NCBI GenBank assembly: GCA_965227515.1
Contig: CBDDFZ010000002.1
Location: 608,001 to 672,000, forward strand
Direction of reading: 5' to 3'
DNA from: Alphaproteobacteria bacterium
GTDB lineage: Bacteria > Pseudomonadota > Alphaproteobacteria > CALKHQ01
DNA length: 64,000 nucleotides
Part shown: in pieces, positions 59,397-64,000 of the stretch
Position numbering within the stretch: position 1 is the first letter of the stretch
Layout of the letters: every line of letters starts with the position of its first letter
The notes under the pieces: model-generated
Database searches by the model: none
What the model saw: only the letters and a program-made list of their open reading frames with translations
Told to the model about the DNA's origin: nothing
Made by a program: the position numbers and the translations under genes

Positions 59397-60869
59397 CTAG
59401 AACGGCGCGATCTCGGAGATCGTGAACGTGGCCGGCGGGAAGTCGCCTTCCACCGGTTCGAAGGTGCCGAGCCAGACGTGATAGGTGCCGGACTCCGGCC
59501 GCGCAAACTCGACCGCCGCATTGAAGTTGACGTCCGGGTTCCAGTCGTCGTTGCAGTACACCTCGCCGCTCGGCGACAGCACCACGATGGTGGTGTCAGC
59601 CGGGCTGGCCACCGAGAAATAGAGCGGCCACTGCCCGGCCTGGAAATTGACCGTGAAGTCCGGGACCATGTCGATGAAGCCGAAGCAGTCCGCGCGCACG
59701 AACTCGGCCAGCTCGCCACCGCCCGCGACAGCTTCCCACTGCATCGGGTCGGGCTGGAAGTCGGTCAGCAGATCGACGACCTCGAAGTTCGGCGGGCCGA
59801 TGTTCACGCGGTGGTCGTTGTCGTTGTAGCGCACCTGATTGTTGGTGATGGCATCGATCCAGTCCGTGTAGGCGGACACCCGCGTATAGACGCCATAGTT
59901 GATGCCGCACGCGCCAGAGTCGTCGTTCGTGCCCCAGCTGACCACGCCGACCTGGGTGTAGATGCCGTTGTCGTCGCGGATCTGCAGCGGGCCGCCGCTG
60001 TCGCCATTGCACGAGTCGCGGTGGGTCGCTGGGTCGCCGGCGCACACCACGGTGTTGGGGAAGCTCGCCGCGCCATGGTCGCGGGCGCATTCGGCGTTCG
60101 ACACCACCGGAACCGCCGCCGCCAGCAACTGGGTCGGCAGATAGATCGGGTTCTGCTGCTGGGTGCCGGTGAACGTGGAGGCGCCCGTGCTGCCGGGGTG
60201 GTTGGGGGCCCCGTTGGCTGCCGATCCGATGACCCGGCCGAACAGACCCGGTTGGCGGCGGTCAGCTCGGCCCCAGCCGGTGACCACCGCACGGTCCGCG
60301 TTCTCGAGCAGCAACGGTTCGCTCTGCGGCGTGGCGAGCTGCACCGTCGGCGCATCGATTGGCTGGGCCAGCTCCAGGATGGCGATATCGTCGACGCCCA
60401 ATTCGTGGCTCAGATAGCCCTCGTGCACGAAGATGCGGTTGATCGCCGTCGTCCGGCCGTCGCCGTTCAGGTCGGCCGAGCCGTAGTAGACCACCATGTT
60501 CTCAGGCTCGATGCGCATGCCGGCGAGCACCACGCAGTGGGCCGCGGTCAGCACATAGCGGTCGGCGATCAGGCTGCCGCCGCAGATCAGGCCGTTGGAG
60601 GGTGGGGAGCCTGCGCGCACCAGCCCGACCTGCCACGGGTAGTCCGCGATCCGCACGGGCGAGCCGCCGAACACCCGCTCCGGCGCATCCTCGGCCAGTT
60701 CGCCGCCATCGAGGTCGGCATTGTCGGCCGGTGCGTCCTGGGCCAACGCGGCACCGCTCAACGCGAGTGTCGCCGCGACGCCGGCCCATATCAGGCGCCG
60801 CAAAAGCGGGGTGCCGGTCTGCCCGGCCGCGTCGCCTGCCGTGTGTTCGCTATAAGGTGCAAGCGCCAT
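59397..60869 (-). CDS. secreted trypsin-like S1 serine protease with C-terminal PPC-like domain
   Basis: Signal peptide, R-VFGG activation site, CGGSLI, LTAAHC, DDIAIL, DSCNGDSGGP and GVYTRVS; C-terminal CNDD...SGTYHVWLGTF. Start could be 60911. Confidence 0.92.
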   Translation of the reverse strand: MALAPYSEHTAGDAAGQTGTPLLRRLIWAGVAATLALSGAALAQDAPADNADLDGGELAEDAPERVFGGSPVRIADYPWQVGLVRAGSPPSNGLICGGSLIADRYVLTAAHCVVLAGMRIEPENMVVYYGSADLNGDGRTTAINRIFVHEGYLSHELGVDDIAILELAQPIDAPTVQLATPQSEPLLLENADRAVVTGWGRADRRQPGLFGRVIGSAANGAPNHPGSTGASTFTGTQQQNPIYLPTQLLAAAVPVVSNAECARDHGAASFPNTVVCAGDPATHRDSCNGDSGGPLQIRDDNGIYTQVGVVSWGTNDDSGACGINYGVYTRVSAYTDWIDAITNNQVRYNDNDHRVNIGPPNFEVVDLLTDFQPDPMQWEAVAGGGELAEFVRADCFGFIDMVPDFTVNFQAGQWPLYFSVASPADTTIVVLSPSGEVYCNDDWNPDVNFNAAVEFARPESGTYHVWLGTFEPVEGDFPPATFTISEIAPF

Positions 60870-61860
60870 GACTTTCTTCCCTTCCATCCAATCGCTTTTC
60901 CAGGTCGGCAATAAGGTCGTCGAGCACCATGGCAGAGGCGCCCGAAGGGTAGAGTTGCCGCATGTCGCACAGCGCCGTCAGCCGCTCGACCGGGTCCGAT
61001 GTGCTGAGCGCCGACAACAGGGTGTAGGCCTCAAGCTGCCACACCGGGTCCTGCGGGAACATCTGGTCAACGACGCTCGGCGGCATCAGGTAGACGTCGG
61101 TCTCCAGAGAGGAGTTCGACCACGGCACCTGCTCGCCGTTGGTTTCCAGACGCACCATGCGGCGCACGTCGCGCACGATGTCTTCCATCCGCCGTACCGG
61201 CTGTTCCAGCGCCTGCAGAAATGCCGCTGTGAACGGGCTGTTGCGCCCGCGCCCGTCGGACGCCGTGCTGCCGCTGGCCGCGGCGAACATGATCAGGCTG
61301 AACGACGTATCGGGCACGTCCATTTGCGCCAGGCCGTAGTGTGGCAGCGACTTGCCGTCCGCCAGGGCCGAAGGCAGCGCGTTGTTGCGGCACGCATCCA
61401 GGATGATGATGCTGGTCACGTTGCTGCGGCTGGTCATCTGGCGCACCAGCGCGGAGGCCGAATAGGCCATGTCGGGCAATTCCTCGGCGAAGTTCAGCGC
61501 CTTGTCGTCGACCGGAATCAGGTAGTTCTCGCCCTGGTATTGGGCGCCGTGGCCGGCAAAGAAGATGACCGCCAGATCGCCGTCCTGCAGCTTGGCCTCG
61601 AACTCGTTGAACAGGGTGGTCATCTGGGCGCGGGTGACGTCCAGCTGGGCGCCGCCGCCGTGGATGTCGAAGCCCAGGTCGGCTAGCCGCGCCGCGATGT
61701 CGGTCGCGTCGTTACCCGGGTTCACCAGGTCGTCCGCCTGCATGAAGTTCGAATTGCCGATGACAAGGGCTACGCGTTCCGCCTGGGCGACGCTGCAAAA
61801 CCCGATCAGCATTCCAATGGCAAGCGCTGCCAGCCGGATCATCTCAACTGACGTTCTCAT
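60850..61860 (-). CDS. secreted caspase family protein (peptidase C14)
   Basis: Signal peptide VAQA-E; RVALVIGN, LVNPGNDA, FFAGHG (His), NYLIPVD, ILDACRNN (Cys), NSPFT and QVPW. Confidence 0.92.
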   Translation of the reverse strand: MRTSVEMIRLAALAIGMLIGFCSVAQAERVALVIGNSNFMQADDLVNPGNDATDIAARLADLGFDIHGGGAQLDVTRAQMTTLFNEFEAKLQDGDLAVIFFAGHGAQYQGENYLIPVDDKALNFAEELPDMAYSASALVRQMTSRSNVTSIIILDACRNNALPSALADGKSLPHYGLAQMDVPDTSFSLIMFAAASGSTASDGRGRNSPFTAAFLQALEQPVRRMEDIVRDVRRMVRLETNGEQVPWSNSSLETDVYLMPPSVVDQMFPQDPVWQLEAYTLLSALSTSDPVERLTALCDMRQLYPSGASAMVLDDLIADLEKRLDGREESHGACTL

Positions 61861-62143
61861 AGTCCCGGTCCAAGGATCGCCTAAGGTTCAGGATCGATTG
61901 AGTTACCGGGGGGCGCCGCCCATCGATATTGCATGATTGGCGGTGGTGCGTCAAAGCCCCCCCAATTGGTCCCCACTGGCGCACCGATACCCCATATGGC
62001 GGGCGATTGTGGCATGCGTGTGGGCAATCGGCGGCGGTTGCGGGGTGTTGTCGCGGGGTGTCTCGGTCGCTTCCGCCGTATGGCGCGACGCGCGACGATG
62101 TGCGATTCTGGGTGCCGGTATTCCACACCTGGAGGCAGCCAGA

Positions 62144-63262
62144 ATGATCGTCGGAACGGTGAAGGAGATCAAGAACCACGAGTATCGGGTGGGCCTGACA
62201 CCGGAAAGCGTCGCCGAACTTGTTGCGCATGACCATCAGGTGCTGGTGGAGGCCGGGGCCGGCGGCGGCATCGGCGCGGGCGACGACGCCTATCGCGCTG
62301 CGGGCGGTGAGGTGGTCGATAGCGCCGCCACGGTGTTCGAGCGTGCCGAACTGGTGGTCAAGGTGAAAGAGCCGCAGCCGGGCGAACGCGCCATGTTGCG
62401 GCGCGGGCAGGTGCTGTTCACCTATCTGCACTTGGCGCCGGACCCGGAGCAGACCAAGGACCTGGTCGCGTCCGGTGCCGTGTGCATCGCCTACGAGACT
62501 GTCACCGACCGGTCGGGCGGCCTGCCGTTGCTGAAGCCGATGAGCCAGGTCGCCGGCCGCATGTCGGTGCAGGCCGGCGCCACCGCGCTGGAGAAGGCCC
62601 ATGGCGGGCGCGGCATCCTGCTTGGCGGCGTGCCGGGCGTGGCACCGGCCAAGGTGGTGGTCATCGGCGGCGGCGTGGTCGGCTTCAACGCGGCCCAGAT
62701 GGCGGTCGGCCTGGGCGCCAATGTCGACATTCTGGACCGCGACCCGGAGGTGCTGGAGCGCCTCGGCATCTATTTCGAGGCGCGCGCCAACACCCGGTTC
62801 TCCAACCGCTCCAACCTGTCGGAGTGCGTTGCCGCCGCCGACCTGGTGATCGGCGCGGTGCTGGTGGCCGGTGCCGCGGCGCCGAAGCTGGTCAGCCGCG
62901 CCATGCTTTCGACCATGAAGCCGGGCTCGGTGCTGGTCGACGTCGCCATCGACCAGGGCGGCTGTTTCGAGACGTCGCATCCGACCACCCATGCCGAGCC
63001 GACCTTCGTGGTCGATGGCGTGGTGCACTATTGCGTCGCCAACATGCCGGGCGGGGTCGCGCGCACCTCAACCTATGCGCTCAACAACGTGACGCTGCCC
63101 CATGCGCTGGCCATTGCCGACAAGGGCTGGACAGCGGCGCTGCGCGACAACACGCACCTGCTGAACGGCCTCAACGTCTGGGACGGCCACGTGACCTGTG
63201 CGCCGGTGGCGCGCGAACTGGGCTACGAGCACGTGCCGGCGACCCAGGCGGTGGCGGCCTGA
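62144..63262 (+). CDS. ald: alanine dehydrogenase
   Basis: [47 protein letters not shown] and HYCVANMPG; 372 aa; GGAGG RBS. Confidence 0.97.
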   Translation: MIVGTVKEIKNHEYRVGLTPESVAELVAHDHQVLVEAGAGGGIGAGDDAYRAAGGEVVDSAATVFERAELVVKVKEPQPGERAMLRRGQVLFTYLHLAPDPEQTKDLVASGAVCIAYETVTDRSGGLPLLKPMSQVAGRMSVQAGATALEKAHGGRGILLGGVPGVAPAKVVVIGGGVVGFNAAQMAVGLGANVDILDRDPEVLERLGIYFEARANTRFSNRSNLSECVAAADLVIGAVLVAGAAAPKLVSRAMLSTMKPGSVLVDVAIDQGGCFETSHPTTHAEPTFVVDGVVHYCVANMPGGVARTSTYALNNVTLPHALAIADKGWTAALRDNTHLLNGLNVWDGHVTCAPVARELGYEHVPATQAVAA

Positions 63263-63274
63263 CGGAGCCGGACT

Positions 63275-64000
63275 TTGAGCGCCGCCGCCGACCGAAGGCT
63301 GTCGCCCGTCTGTGCGTTCGATATCGCCGCCGACGGCAGTGCCCGTGCGGTCGACGACCCATGGCCCAGCGCCGAGCCGGGGGAGGGCGCGAGCTACAGA
63401 TGGGTCCATTGCGACCTGGCCGACCCGGCCTTCGACGGCTGGGCCCGCGACAGCTTGCCTGCCATTGCCGCCATGGCGCTGATCCAGGACGAGACCCGGC
63501 CGCGCTGCGACCGCCACATGGATGGCATTCTGCTCAACCTGCGTGGGGTCAATCTCAACCCCGGCGCGGAGGCCGACGACATGGTGTCGTTGCGCGCCTG
63601 GGTGACGCCGACCCTGGTGGTCAGTGCGCGCAAGCGCCGGGTCTACGCCATCGACGCCATCCGCGTTCGTGCGCTGGAGGATGACGCGCCGCCGGGGGTC
63701 GGTGCTTTCCTGGCCGACCTGACCAAGGGGCTGGTCGACCGCATCGAGACGGTGTCGCTGGCGCTCGAGGACGAGACCGACGACCTGGAGGACCGCATGT
63801 ACGAGGCGCCGCGCGAGATCAGCGCCGCGGTCACGCCGTTGCGCCACTCCATCATCAAGCTCCGGCGCTTCGTCGGGCCGCAGCGCGAGGCGATGCTGCG
63901 GCTCGCCGTCCTGGACCCGCCGCTGGCGGCCGAGACCGATCGCACGCTGCTGCATGAAATCGGCAACCGTGCCACTCGCATCGTCGAGGAGCTGGACGCC
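63275..64000 (+). CDS. zntB: zinc transporter ZntB (CorA family), 3'-truncated
   Basis: Open frame to the window end; [31 protein letters not shown] and [11 protein letters not shown]. Confidence 0.85.
   Translation, partial: MSAAADRRLSPVCAFDIAADGSARAVDDPWPSAEPGEGASYRWVHCDLADPAFDGWARDSLPAIAAMALIQDETRPRCDRHMDGILLNLRGVNLNPGAEADDMVSLRAWVTPTLVVSARKRRVYAIDAIRVRALEDDAPPGVGAFLADLTKGLVDRIETVSLALEDETDDLEDRMYEAPREISAAVTPLRHSIIKLRRFVGPQREAMLRLAVLDPPLAAETDRTLLHEIGNRATRIVEELDA

Overview
High-GC alphaproteobacterial chromosome segment (chvI/chvG, lepA, CtrA-type boxes). In order: a 5'-truncated GltD-like oxidoreductase fused to a degenerate FMN glutamate-synthase-like domain; two secreted hypotheticals; an uncharacterised two-gene operon (1123 aa + 732 aa) with beta-pore-forming-like features; a BMP-family nucleoside-type ABC transporter divergent from three tandem 2OG-Fe(II) oxygenases, with back-to-back sigma54 promoter motifs; a CtrA-box-preceded operon (split transketolase, SDR, ATP-grasp, TPR-glycosyltransferase); chvI-chvG; lepA; small secreted proteins; an MBOAT/SGNH O-acetylation cluster; tRNA-Ser(GGA) followed by a partly lower-GC islet (RTX S8 protease, sulfotransferase, Wzy/WaaL-like protein, GT4, SEL1-repeat protein, GT2, flippase); a TctCBA-TetR-oxidoreductase-DUF993-isomerase catabolic operon; a GT4; an overlapping secreted caspase-family/trypsin-zymogen pair; ald; and a 3'-truncated zntB. 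Three palindromic intergenic elements and several short tandem repeats are also present. No CRISPR array, rRNA, integrase or transposase was seen. All calls come from reading motifs by eye; no database search was run.
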